DNA from: Macrostomum lignano
Taxonomy: Eukaryota
Assembly: GCA_002269645.1 (NCBI GenBank)
Contig: NIVC01000134.1
Location: 1 to 39,008, forward strand
Reading direction: 5' to 3'
Length of the DNA: 39,008 bases
Part shown: positions 23,490 to 35,400 of the stretch, piece after piece
Numbering within the stretch: position 1 is the stretch's first letter
Layout of the letters: the number at the start of each line of letters is the position of its first letter
Position numbers and translations under genes: made by a program
The notes under the pieces: generated by a model
Told to the model about the DNA's origin: nothing
Database searches by the model: none
The model's input: only the letters and a program-made list of their open reading frames with translations

Positions 23490-26400
23490 ACTCAACTAGA
23501 CCAAAACCCAAGTTTGTCTAGATTCAAGGTCAATTTAAGACTTATCAAAATACAAGGCTTCAAAAAATCAAATAAACTTATTTCTTTTAAAAAATAGGAA
23601 CAATAAGAAACAATAAAGTCCAATCCAATACATGATATTGCCAAATGCATTTTGTAGATACATCTTGCATCAGAGTAATTCTTCAAGATGCAACTTGAAG
23701 AGTATAGCACTTGTGCCATGCATAGTATGAAGTGAGTTTTGGAATGAGCTTATATGCTTCTAATAAGATTTCTATGAATTGTTACATCTTGCAGGTTTAC
23801 AAAGTGTAGCCAATAGTTAAGCAGCTGGTTGTATATTTGCCAACAATTTGTCAAGATATAAATACTGAGATCAACATACTATATGATAATTGGCAGTAAT
23901 GTTGCCATAGTTCAATTCTCAACTAGCATATTATCATGAATTTTTGGGTGTCACACTCTATCATTCTTAATACCCATTGGCATACATGCGCAACAGTTGG
24001 CCGAGTCTTCCAATCTGGCCAACTGATTTGGTGGCCAACTCAACTCAAAATTCCCACCCGAATAAATACCCAAGTATACTAAGTAGATAATGAGGCATTT
24101 TGCCTTGATAAGACAGTCATAGTTACTCCTGCCGTTTACCCAAAGTTGCATTAATTTGCTTTAGGGTTTCTTTTACATGTAGGTCACATTTTTTGGCCAA
24201 AAACTATGTCGTATTTTTTGTTAAAACTAAGTTGCATAGCTGACTGAATTTTGGAGGTTGCACATGTATGCCTAGTGACCAGGCTAGTGTGCATTCTGAT
24301 AAAATTTTTGGTGCATAAAATAGGAGTTATCTATTTTAACCTTTCAACTAGGGCCTCCCAATTTCATTGGATGGTCAATAAATAATTGGACATAGATGTC
24401 CTCAATAATGTCCTCAGTAATCAATGAATATAAATAAAATCAACCAATGTCAATAAATGAATATTTGTGGGCTTGTATGCACCTAGTGATCAGCTTCTCC
24501 TAGCTATACCTCAATTGACCATTAGTAGATGAAGCTAGACTAGGTATGCTAGGCTGAGCTTAGTTTAGGGCCTCAAAGAATAAGTATTTATGAATAAAAA
24601 ATTACAAGTAATAATCTTTGCAATCCAGGCAAACCATCAATATACTAATTACTTGCTCAATATTAAAAGTGCATAATTCTGTCACTAGCTAGACAAGCAT
24701 TCTAAGATTAGTTGTTTTGGTGACAAAAGGTTTTGGTGACAATCTTTTGGTAACAAGCAAAATTCATTTTAGTGATTAGAAAAATAACCTTATAGTGATA
24801 GCCATTCTGTTTTTAAACAGAAAATTAACTTGCAAATCTTAAGGGATATTGAACCTAAAGTTTTATAACTTTTAGAAAAGGTTAAGTTCTGCTTTCTTTA
24901 ATTTTGTTTATTTACAATTACAGAGTTGTGTTCTTTTGAATTGTTTTTCAATCCAAACATTTAGCATAAATTTCTGCTTTTTTGTGGTTGGCATTTCATG
25001 AGGATTCTTTATATAGGTTTCTGGTTTACATGTATATGTCTAAAAACTCTGGGACAATTCAAAATGATCTATACAGGAAAAAAAACAATAATTAGTTTTA
25101 TTTGTTTTCTTAAATATATTAATCTTTTAAGGAAAATTTTTAAATATATGTACAAAACATAAATCTTAACAAATGTCCTAGGGCTTGCTTCTGTCCTCCA
25201 ACTATCCCACTAATCGCCACCAAAGTTGTAACAGGGCTAATTTACTATTCTCTTAAGTGTTCTCCTTAGGTTGGTAGCTGCCACCAAGATTATTCTATTA
25301 ATAAATTATGAGTTTATCAATAATCTGAAAAAAAATGTTTCTTAGAATAGGTCTGAGTATTTAATCTGAGGATTTAGTCTGAATATTTAGTCTGAGTATT
25401 AGTCTGAGTATTATTCTGAATATTATTCTTAGAAAAACTGTTAGCCCTGAAAGGTTTACTCTTCTGATTATTCTGGTAGCGTTCTATTATTCTGGTAGCG
25501 TTCTATTTAATAATGGCCTGAGCGGTATTTTGGCTTACTGGTATATGTATTTCATGCACTTTGCAAGTCCTTGGGCGTTACCGAGATCAGAGGGTCACAG
25601 CCTCCATTATTCTTACGTCTTACTTCAGATCTACTTCACAACTTTTTACTACTCAACACTTTCCTTCTTAGTAGTATATATGGTACACACCTCTGTCTAT
25701 TTCACTCTTACTTCTTAAAGGAATGAATATAGAAAACACTTCTTCAATTCTTATTTTCTCGGAACTCTTATTAATTGCTATCAACTGTTTTATTGAACCG
25801 CGATGCACGAGGTTGCTTCTTCCTCCGCCAAAATTGCCTCTATTTATACCATTTTTTACTCGTAGATTTAAAACAAAAAATTATATTTGTAAAATATTAT
25901 GAGAAAATTGTACAGTATAACAAACTATTTACTTAGTGTTTAGGCACGAATTTGAAAACATTATTACTCGTACAATTATAGATTGCCCTGCACACAAAGT
26001 AACTACAAGCTAATATTATAAAGCGCCTCTTATCACTAAAATGACAATACTTGTTATATCAAGTAGTTATATCAAGTATTATTACATCTATAACCAAAAC
26101 ATCTATCACCAAATGACTTGTCACTGTAACAACTGGTACCTGCATTTTAGTAGTACTAGTTCCAAATTAAATGATACGTTGCCAGCCAACTGATTGTTCA
26201 CTATGTATCTTGTAGCTTACTACTAAACTTGTAAAGAATATATAGTTTTTGTTTGTTAGGTTGAAAATATTCTAAAGCAAAAATTTGTTGGTTAGACAAT
26301 AAAACTAGGGGTTGGACAATATTGAATTTTTAGACTTGATCAAGATTTTGAGATATTTAAAACTAAACTGAAAAGAGAAATTATTTTTATATAATTTTTT

Positions 26401-27198
26401 ATATAGAGGCCTATTTTAAAAACAAATATGAACTTTATGCACTTTTGTTAAAAATCAAACTTTTAATTAGTAATAATAATTATCAGTAGCAAGAATTTGA
26501 AGCTTCTTTGTGCCCCCCCTCTTTAGTATAGTAATTTAATTTAGTTTACCACAGATATTCATTTTTTTATTTTCTTGGGAATCTTGCTTTTTGTCTTGAC
26601 TTGACTGTGCAGCTTTTTGTCTTATAGACATTGTTTACATGTTTCCTACCATAATTTAGCACAAATTACGCACAAATTTGAGTTTAGCAAAGGATTCTTG
26701 AAGATTGCCAGTACCAAATGGAGTAAGTCTATAGGCCCCTAGAGCCTAGACACAGTCTATTAATTGCTATAGCCTATAGGCCTTAGCAAAACACTAGGCC
26801 TATGCAGTCTATGGTATTTTTATTATTTGAAAATGATTGGTGCAATATAATTTCTATTATTACAAAGACATTTATTATATTAGAAAATAAAGCATAGGCC
26901 GTAGCATTCATTGGTCAACAAAAATATCTTGAGCTAGGCTAGGTCTAGCATGGCAAGCATGCCATGTAGTGTAGGGTCTATGGTGACTTGTAGTAATCTG
27001 AGCCAAGGAAGCCTAGCAAAAGTAGATAAAATGTGACAGAGCGTTAAGGGAAGATTTACCTGCGATTCTATACTTTAGATCATTTCCAAGACTATTCGAA
27101 ACTGAAGAAGTGGATGCTCGCAAATTATTTTTATCACTAGAATTTATATCCATGCTGACATCGTTTTTTACACTACTTGAATCTTCCATTAATTTCAT
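23490..27198 (-). pseudogene. Possible decayed, AT-rich F-box / cysteine-LRR gene
   Basis: Exon-like units 27198-27060 and 26728-26650 join in phase to give ...RIADLLHLVLAIFKNPLLNSNLCVICAKL(W), which is F-box-like. Downstream fragments with stops and shifts look like LRRs: ITEDIIEDI, IGRLGQLLRM, HPKIHDNML, KLHLEELL and GLDFIVSYCSYFLKEISL. Confidence 0.35.
25505..25590 (-). mobile_element. Very decayed Penelope-like reverse transcriptase fragment
   Basis: QGLAKCMK...*AKIPLRPLL resembles the YGLPKIHK...PLRPIV motif at the start of Penelope-like RTs. It is short and degenerate. Confidence 0.28.
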
Positions 27199-28488
27199 TT
27201 ACTAGCTAGAGACAGAGCTGCTTATAACCAAGGGCAGTATAAGATTTGGATAATTTTATGAACTATGTAGCAAACACAAACACAAGTTCCTTTAATAAGA
27301 GATAGACTTCGACATGACCTTGACCTTGACGTAAAAATCTTATAAAGGTAACGAACAAATTCTAATTCAAATTATCCAGACAGATAATACAGACATCTTA
27401 CTTAGCTTAATACAAAGAAAAACTAGAATCCTTATACTGCAAAATAAGCTGCTTTATTACTTTGTATAATTTTAACTTAAAAGTAAGATTTTTGTTATAA
27501 CATTTAAATTTTATCTTACTTATTAGACATCCGTGTACGGTAATACAGTAGATTTTAGTTTTTGCATTATATATTTTACATACTACCGGCTAACAAAAAA
27601 CTTAAGACTTCAATTTTAAAAGTATTTCTTTTTAATTTGTTGTTGACGTCTATATTCACGATAGACGCTTTGTATATAAAGAGTAAATACATGCAATGAC
27701 CACTGAATATAACAGAAGTGGTCCTTGAATGTACATGTACGTTAGTCATTCCGTAAAATTTTAAGCAGCTGCGAGAGTAGAATCCTGATACACGGTTGTT
27801 GCGCGCGACTGGTATGAACTAAAAAATGCACACACCAAGAGCTATACGCATAATGTAGAAGCACAGCTTATAAATAAAATTTATTTAGTGCTCGTGATTT
27901 TATCAATTAATTGCTAAACAGAAGTCACGTCTATTTGCCCAACTCGTTATGACGGTATTTTATCAGACGTTTAACCTGAGCGAGCCGCCTGTTATTGTAG
28001 CTTCCTCATTTGTATACATTTACATCTAATATGCATATTCCGTTTCAAACAAGGCTCAAATATACTGTAGTCCAAAGCTGGACTCGTCAATTCACAATAT
28101 TTATAACAGCACGAGGAAAATAAACTGTTTGCCTGAGTAACAGGTATATTATATGTACAAGTATATTTTGTGAATTCCGAAAGATTACCAATAAAAAGCG
28201 ATAGTGGTCAATATAGCACAGCAGCCCAGCTATGTCAAAAAGCGCCACAAAAATGGAGCAATAAAAATGAAGGCATTGCCAAATTGTTCGAATTGGCTAG
28301 TGCAGTGGCTGAATTTGAGAGAAAAAATATCAGAACAAATAAAATAAAATACAATGAAATAAAAAACCCTTTTGTTAAAATGCCGTGCTCATAAAAATTT
28401 CACAGTCAAGTGAGTCGATTTGTGCATACATTCTGGAATGCAAAACAGATAAGTGTTTACTGAGGTCGCTTTCGATAAAACAACCAGC

Positions 28489-28621
28489 TCAAGTTTTAGA
28501 CTGGCGCATAATCAGATCGTTAAGCAGTGCCAGCCAGCTGCAAGCTTCATCTGGAGTAGCAAATTTGAAGGCCAGATTGGTTTCTAGGCACGCGCTAGTG
28601 ATTCGCAACTCGTCTGTTCGC
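28489..28621 (-). CDS. PH-domain protein, last recognised exon (PH beta6-beta7-helix)
   Basis: Acceptor ATATTTTAG|. It encodes RTDELRITSACLETNLAFKFATPDEACSWLALLNDLI, matching the F-x-A...E...W...L C-terminal helix of PH domains. Confidence 0.68.
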
Positions 28622-28705
28622 CTAAAATATTTTTTTAATTTTAATTTAAATCTAAAATAATGTGCAAATGCAAAATCTATCCGGTTGTACAAAATTGAAA
28701 CTCAC

Positions 28706-28764
28706 TCTTTCGGGACAAGGTAGGCGGCAGCCAGCCTGTGCAATGGAACGGATACGCCAGACAC
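28706..28764 (-). CDS. PH-domain protein, 59-nt internal exon
   Basis: TCGCAG|VSGVSVPLHRLAAAYLVPK-GA|GTGAGT. It bridges phase 0 to phase 2 exactly. Confidence 0.68.
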
Positions 28765-28814
28765 CTGCGATTTAATGGTGCTTTTGATCGTCAATGGTTG
28801 TGGTAGAATGGTTC

Positions 28815-28816
<2 letters not shown>

Positions 28817-28860
<44 letters not shown>

Positions 28861-28877
28861 CACACAGACACAGACAG
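28817..28877. repeat. (CAGA)n microsatellite
   Basis: A direct tetranucleotide run inside the PH-gene intron 28894-28765. Confidence 0.95.
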
Positions 28878-28894
28878 TCAGGGACAGAACTCAC

Positions 28895-29286
28895 AGACAG
28901 GGCACGCCGATCCTCAGAGCAGTACCCAAGGCAGTCCTCGGTAACCAGCAGCAGTTTGCGCCGCCAGATGCCGCGAAGCCGCCGGCCCCGCTTCAGCACC
29001 CGAGCGGAGCGCAGCGGCCGCTTGCCGGCCAGAAAGCTGGCAGTGGCAGCCGTCGAATTGTCGGCCGGAAATCCAATGGCCGATTTCAGCAGGTCAAGCG
29101 CTGACGCCGAGCGCCAGAGACTGGCGTGCCCGTCGCCGCAGACGGTGCCGCACTGGCGTAGCGAGTTGCCGGCCGGCATCAGCGGCTGCTGCTGTGGTGC
29201 CAACAGCAGCCACCAGTTGACACTCGGGGCGCTGGACTCGCTGAGCTTGTAGGACATCGCGTACTGCTGGCCGCTGTAGTTAAACA
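28895..29286 (-). CDS. PH-domain protein, internal exon (linker plus PH beta1-beta3)
   Basis: Open GC-rich frame containing PLRSARVLKRGRRLRGIWRRKLLLVTEDCLGYC, which fits the PH K-x-G...W-R-R-x-x-x-L...L-x-Y pattern. Splice sites are CCCGCAG| and TCT|GTGAGT. Confidence 0.72.
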
Positions 29287-29297
29287 CTGCGGGTTAT

Positions 29298-29530
29298 ACA
29301 GCAGATTATCCCATAAACAGCCCAGATACAGCAGATTATCCCATAAACAGCCCAGATACAGCAGATTTATCCCATAAACAGCCCAGATACAGCAGATTAT
29401 CCCATAAACAGCCCAGATACAGCAGATTATCCCATAAACAGCCCAGATACAGCAGATTATCCCATAAACAGCCCAGATACAGCAGATTATCCCATAAACA
29501 GCCCAGATACAGCAGATTAAGCAATAAACA
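29298..29530. repeat. 30-bp minisatellite abutting a 3' splice site
   Basis: Unit CAGCAGATTATCCCATAAACAGCCCAGATA, about 7.5 copies, ending about 10 nt from the acceptor at 29288-29287. Confidence 0.94.
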
Positions 29531-29853
29531 GCTTAGATAGAGTTTTTTTATTCTTGATTTTGAATTTCTCACCAATCAGGTTGCACTTCTTCTTAGCCAT
29601 TGACACCTGGGAAGGCAATGCGGTGAGGATTCAAATGAAATTGGTAGAGAAGTCACGGTTCTTTAATAATCTTTATTGCAACATGTCATAAAACTTACAT
29701 TTAGCATGCGGTGGATTATAAACCTGTCAATCAGAGTCTCTTCTGTCAGATTGGCCTGAAATGCAATTTGATAAACATTTAACTAGAACTTTTACATAGA
29801 TGCAAAAATGGTAAAATTGTACATAAAATATATTAGCACTAACAATCTCGCAC

Positions 29854-31087
29854 ATAATAATAATTATTGATTACACCTGCCCTAATGGCCAGATGTGCAA
29901 CCGACAGCTCAGCTGCAGCTATTGCGCGGCGCATCTGAAGGCTGCGTACGGCTGCTCGGTCCAAGGACTGGGGGGTCGCCATCGTGTCTGGGGGGAGAAC
30001 AGTGGCGACTTTCTCCCAGCACACCGGCACCTGCTCTACCGTCTTCCAGAACGAAGTTCTCGCCATCAGCTCCCGCACCATGGAGCTGTACAATCAGCGC
30101 GAGATTACCCTCCACTCAAACAGTCAAGCGGCGATATACGGCCTTGAGCGCAACACCACCTGCTCGCGTACAGTCCTCGACTGCATCGGGAAGCTCAACC
30201 GCTTAGGCGCCTTGCCTCTAACAAGCTGTCCCTAAGGTAGATCCCCGGGCACTCGGACCACCCCGGCAACGAGTTGGCCGATCGCCTGACCAAGCCTGGC
30301 TCGACCGGTTCTTTTACTGGTCCCCTGCCATACATTTCACCACTTTTAACCACTCGGATCAACCAGTGGGTGGCTTCAAAGCACAGGGAGAGGTGGGCTA
30401 ACGCCCCCGACTGCCGGCAATCTTGTGCGGCTGTCCCCTGTCCTTCCTCTGCCATGCGCAGGGCCCTGCTTGGACTCAACCGCAGGGACATCAGGGCGAT
30501 GACCATGGCCATCTTGGGTCATGGCTGCTTTGCCAGGCATCACCAACCACAGGGAAAATCCGTAGCGAGGAATGCCCATTCCGCCTCTCCGGTGTCGAGA
30601 ATGCGGAACACTATCTGTGAATGCCCCGCCTTTACTCAGGACAGGCTCACCTAGCTCAGCCCCCACCTGGACCTCACCGATGTTTTCAGGAACTTTCAGG
30701 AACCTAAGGGCTACCGGGCGAGCGACAATCCACCTCCTGGACTCTCCGGAGGGGGACCGCGCTGCGAACACCGGCACCACCGGAACTCCCTACGCGACAC
30801 CGCAGCACTAGCTGCCCTTGGTCGCCAGGGGTTAGCGAAATGGGAGCCACGCCTCCTCGATGCACCCGGACGCACGGAGCCCCCTGCAGCTGAGTCAAGT
30901 CAAAGGGGAGTCGCCAGACACACCCTCAATTACCCCCCCCCCCAGCTGGCACCCATTTTACAGCTGGCTGAACTGAAGCAATGCAGAGTTGTTAAGTGTA
31001 CTGCTCAAGGACATAAATTATTCCAACGAGGTCAGGAATCGAACCCCCTACCTTCAAGTTGAGTCCGACTCTCTAAACACTGGGCAC
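29854..31087 (-). mobile_element. CORE-like tRNA SINE, copy 1, split by a LINE insertion
   Basis: Head and core lie at 31087-30911 (B-box GGTTCGATTCC at 31045-31035; TGCTTCAGTTCAGCCAGCTGTAAAATGGG). Body and TAA tail lie at 29980-29854. Both pieces align with copy 2 at 31735-32045. Confidence 0.82.
29981..30903 (+). mobile_element. 5'-truncated non-LTR retrotransposon (RNase H plus C-terminal Cys/His region; I/R1/LOA-group-like), degenerate
   Basis: Encodes STVFQNEVLAI...ITLHSNSQAAI...(GH..GN-like)..ADRL, then [16 protein letters not shown]...ICECPA. It has a short GTCAA-repeat tail and is flanked by GGGGGGTCGCC (29970-29980) and GGGGAGTCGCC (30906-30916). Confidence 0.82.
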
Positions 31088-31734
31088 ATTCCCTAGATTT
31101 CCTAGATTGCGAAGGGTTCAGTAGTTTAAGGTACATATTTTTTGTTAAGCGCAGTCTACATGGATTGGCAAGATAGAAAGTTTTCAGTTTCTCTAGCACT
31201 AAATTTCCAATATCTCAACTTCTGAACTTCAGAATTTCAAATGCGAAAGCAAGCATGCGCTTCGACAGTGTGGAAATACTTGTGGCATTTTCTAAATGGA
31301 TTGTGGAAAGATTTTTTGCTTTTTTGCTGGGGTATTGCCATAGACAAAGTTAATTGATAAAATGAATGAAAACAATCAGATTGATAAATTTGCAACGTTG
31401 GCCGAAACACACAATTGCTTTATTTGGTATTGTACCATGACCTTTGTGTCCGCTGGGCACTTATTCTTGCCTTTTAATGCCATAGACTACATCTAAGCCT
31501 GCTTGCAGGACTTTAATGCTTTAAACTTACTTTAATGCAAATTAGCGGGCAGTTAATGACATTTAACAACCGATTATTCTGTCCCAATTTGTCAAGGACA
31601 CTAATGTCTATGGCACAATAATAGTAATACCCAACGGCGCCCTCTGATTTTCCCATTAACGCCCTTAAAGCGTGCGTATTAATGTACTATTGGAAAGTCC
31701 AGAAGGTGAGATATTGGGAGTTTTGAACGTTTAA

Positions 31735-32045
31735 CTCCTAGTGGTTAGGGCGTCCGACTCACGACTGGAAGGTCGGGGGTTCGATTCTAGACCTATATTT
31801 GGAACAATCTGGAAGGATGAGCAAGACAATTAACTCTGCATTGCTTCAGTTCACCCAGCCGTAAAATGAGTGCCAGCATTAGCTTGGGGTAATTGAGGGT
31901 GCGTGTGGCGACCTCGCGACCCCCCAGTCCCTGGGCCGAACAGCCGTATGCAGTCCTCAGACGCGCCGCGCAATAGCTGCGGCTGAGCTGTCGGTTGCAC
32001 ATTTAGCTCATTACATTAGGGCAGGTGTAATCAATTATTATTATT
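31735..32045 (+). mobile_element. CORE-like tRNA SINE, copy 2 (full length)
   Basis: A-box TAGTGGTTAGG (31739), B-box GGTTCGATTCT (31778), core ATGAGCAAGACAATTAACTCTGCATTGCTTCAGTTCACCCAGCCGTAAAATGAG (31817-31870) and a (TTA)n tail. Confidence 0.86.
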
Positions 32046-32139
32046 GTGTTCAAAAAAAAACTAAAACGCATAAGGAAACGAAAACTGATCAAGATTCTTA
32101 AGCCTCTTAAGATTCCTAAAGGCACACATAATTAATCAC

Positions 32140-32377
32140 TCGCCAGATTCAACTCGCCGCCATCAGCCAGCCGATGCAGTGTCAGCAGGTCATTGCCAAG
32201 TCGGGCAACGCACCGCTTCAAGTCGAAGCAATCGCAGCAGTAGCCGCCGTTCTCACTGCTTGATGCGGTGCTGATAGAAGCCACGTCGCCAGCTGAACGG
32301 CTAAGCCGGCGACAATGACAGGGCCTTCGACGTAGCTGTCCAAATCGGACGCGTCCAATGATGTCGGAGTCTGGAGG
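32140..32377 (-). CDS. PH-domain protein, upstream exon
   Basis: GC-rich open frame PPDSDIIGRVRFGQLRRR...FDLKRCVARLGNDLLTLHRL. The donor A|GTGATT is phase 1 and matches the exon starting at 29286. The acceptor choice (32378) is uncertain. Confidence 0.6.
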
Positions 32378-32444
32378 CTGCGGGCGCCGATGCACATCGG
32401 CAAACTCAAATCGGTTAATATGAGGGTATGAACGGGTAGTTGCT

Positions 32445-35400
32445 TAACCTGATGATCCGGAAGATTAGTCTTAACCTGAGGTTCTGGATGGTTGCTTAAC
32501 CTGAGGATCTGGGAGGTTAGTCTTAACCTGAGGTTCTGGATGGTTGCTTAACCTGAGGATCTGGGAGGTTAGTCTTAACCTGAGGTTCTGGATGGTTGCT
32601 TAACCTGAGGATCTGGGAGGTTAGTCTTAACCTGAGGTTCTGGATGGTTGCTTAACCTGAGGATCTGGGAGGTTAGTCTTAACCTGAGGTTCTGGATGGT
32701 TGCTTAACCTGAGGATCTGGGAGGTTAGTCTTAACCTGAGGTTCTGGATGGTTGCTTAACCTGAGGATCTGGGAGGGTAGTCTTAACCTGAGGTTCTGGA
32801 TGGTTGCTTAACCTGAGGATCTGGGAGGTTAGTCTTAACCTGAGGTTCTGGATGGTTGCTTAACCTGAGGATCTGGGAGGTTAGTCTTAACCTGAGGTTC
32901 TGGATGGTTGCTTAACCTGAGGATCTGGGAGGTTAGTCTTAACCTGAGGTTCTGGATGGTTGCTTAACCTGAGGATCTGGGAGGTTAGTCTTAACCTGAG
33001 GTTCTGGATGGTTGCTTAACCTGAGGATCTGGGAGGGTAGTCTTAACCTGAGGATCTGGGAGGTTAGTCTTAACCTGAGGATCTGGAAGGTTAGTCTTAA
33101 CCTGAGGATCTGGGAGGTTAGTCTTAACCTGAGGATCTGGGAGGTTAGTCTTAACCTGAGGATCTTGGAGGTCAGTCTTAACCTGAGAATCTGGGAGGTT
33201 AGTCTTAACCTGAGAATCTGGGAGGTTAGTCTTAACCTGAGGATCTGGGAGGTTAGTCTTAACCTGAGGATCTGGGAGGTTAGTCTTAACCTGAGGATCT
33301 GGGAGGTTAGTCTTAACCTGAGGATCTGGGAGGTTAGTCTTAACCTGAGGATCTGGGAGGTTAGTCTTAACCTGAGGATCTGGGAGGTCAGTCTTAACCT
33401 GAGAATCTGGGAGGTCAGTCTTAACCTGAGAATCTGGGAGGTCAGTCTTAACCTGAGGATCTGGGAGGTTAGTCTTAACCTGAGAATCTGGGAGGTCAGT
33501 CTTAACCTGAGGATCTGGGAGGTCAGTCTTAACCTGAGGATCTTGGAGGTCAGTCTTAACCTGAGAATCTGGGAGGTCAGTCTTAACCTGAGGATCTTGG
33601 AGGTCAGTCTTAACCTGAGGATCTGGGAGGTTAGTCTTAACCTGAGGATCTGGGAGGTTAGTCTTAACCTGAGGATCTGGGAGGTTAGTCTTAACCTGAG
33701 GATCTTGGAGGTCAGTCTTAACCTGAGAATCTGGGAGGTTAGTCTTAACCTGAGGATCTGGGAGGTTAGTCTTAGCCTGAGAATCTGGGAGGTCAGTCTT
33801 AACCTGAGGATCTGGGAGGTCAGTCTTAACCTGAGGATCTTGGAGGTCAGTCTTAACCTGAGAATCTGGGAGGTCAGTCAAAAACCTGAGGATCTTGGAG
33901 GTCAGTCTTAACCTGAGGATCTGGGAGGTTAGTCTTAACCTGAGGATCTGGGAGGTTAGTCTTAACCTGAGGATCTGGGAGGTTAGTCTTAACCTGAGGA
34001 TCTTGGAGGTCAGTCTTAACCTGAGAATCTGGGAGGTTAGTCTTAACCTGAGGATCTGGGAGGTTAGTCTTAACCTGAGGATCTTGGAGGTCAGTCTTAA
34101 CCTGAGAATCTGGGAGGTTAGTCTTAACCTGAGGATCTGGGAGGTTAGTCTTAACCTGAGGATCTTGGAGGTTAGTCTTAACCTGAGGATCTTGGAGGTT
34201 AGTCTTAACCTGAGAATCTGGTAGGTTAGTCTTAACCTGAGGATCTTGGAGGTCAGTCTTAACCTGAGAATCTGGGAGGTTAGTCTTAACCTGAGGATCT
34301 GGGAGGTTAGTCTTAACCTGAGGATCTTGGAGGTTAGTCTTAACCTGAGAATCTGGGAGGTCAGTCTTAACCTGAGAATCTGGGAGGTTAGTCTTAACCT
34401 GAGGATCTGGGAGGTTAGTCTTAACCTGAGGATCTTGGAGGTCAGTCTTAACCTGAGGATCTGAGAGGTTAGTCTTAACCTGAGGATCTGGGAGGTTAGT
34501 CTTAACCTGAGGATCTGGGAGGTTAGTCTTAACCTGAGGATCTGGGAGGTTAGTCTAAACCTGAGGATCTTGGAGGTTAGTCTTAACCTGAGAATCTGGG
34601 AGGTTAGTCTTAACCTGAGGATCTGGGAGGTTAGTCTTAACCTGAGGATCTTGGAGGTTAGTCTTAACCTGAGAATCTGGGAGGTTAGTCTTAACCTGAG
34701 GATCTTGGAGGTCAGTCTTAACCTGAGAATCTGGGAGGTTAGTCTTAACCTGAGGATCTGGGAGGTCAGTCTTAACCTGAGAATCTGGGAGGTCAGTCTT
34801 AACCTGAGAATCTGGGAGGTCAGTCTTAACCTGAGAATCTGGGAGGTTAGTCTTAACCTGAGGATCTGGGAGGTTAGTCTTAACCTGAGAATCTGGGAGG
34901 TTAGTCTTAGCCTGAGGATCTTGGAGGTCAGTCTTAACCTGAGAATCTGGGAGGTTAGTCTTAACCTGAGGATCTTGGAGGTTAGTCTTAACCTGAGGAT
35001 CTTGGAGGTCAGTCTTAACCTGAGAATCTGGGAGGTTAGTCCTAACCTGAGGATCTGGGAGGTTAGTCTTAACCTGAGGATCTTGGAGGTCAGTCTTAAC
35101 CTGAGGATCTGGGAGGTTAGTCTTAACCTGAGGATCTGGGAGGTTAGTCTTAACCTGAGGATCTTGGAGGTTAGTCTTAACCTGAGGATCTTGGAGGTCA
35201 GTCTTAACCTGAGGATCTTGGAGGTCAGTCTTAACCTGAGAATCTGGGAGGTTAGTCTTAACCTGAGGATCTGGGAGGTTAGTCCTAACCTGAGGATCTT
35301 GGAGGTTAGTCTTAACCTGAGGATCTTGGAGGTTAGTCTTAACCTGAGAATCTGGGGGGTTAGTCTTAACCTGATGATATGAGAGGTTAGTCTTAACCTG

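Noticed and set aside
27013-27198. Alternative coding first exon of B55
   Set aside because: Both acceptors upstream of the B55 ATG lead through an in-frame TGA (21810-21808). The exon fits the 26728 exon better.
31737-31795. tRNA gene
   Set aside because: It has A and B boxes but no acceptor stem, and it continues into a SINE core and tail.
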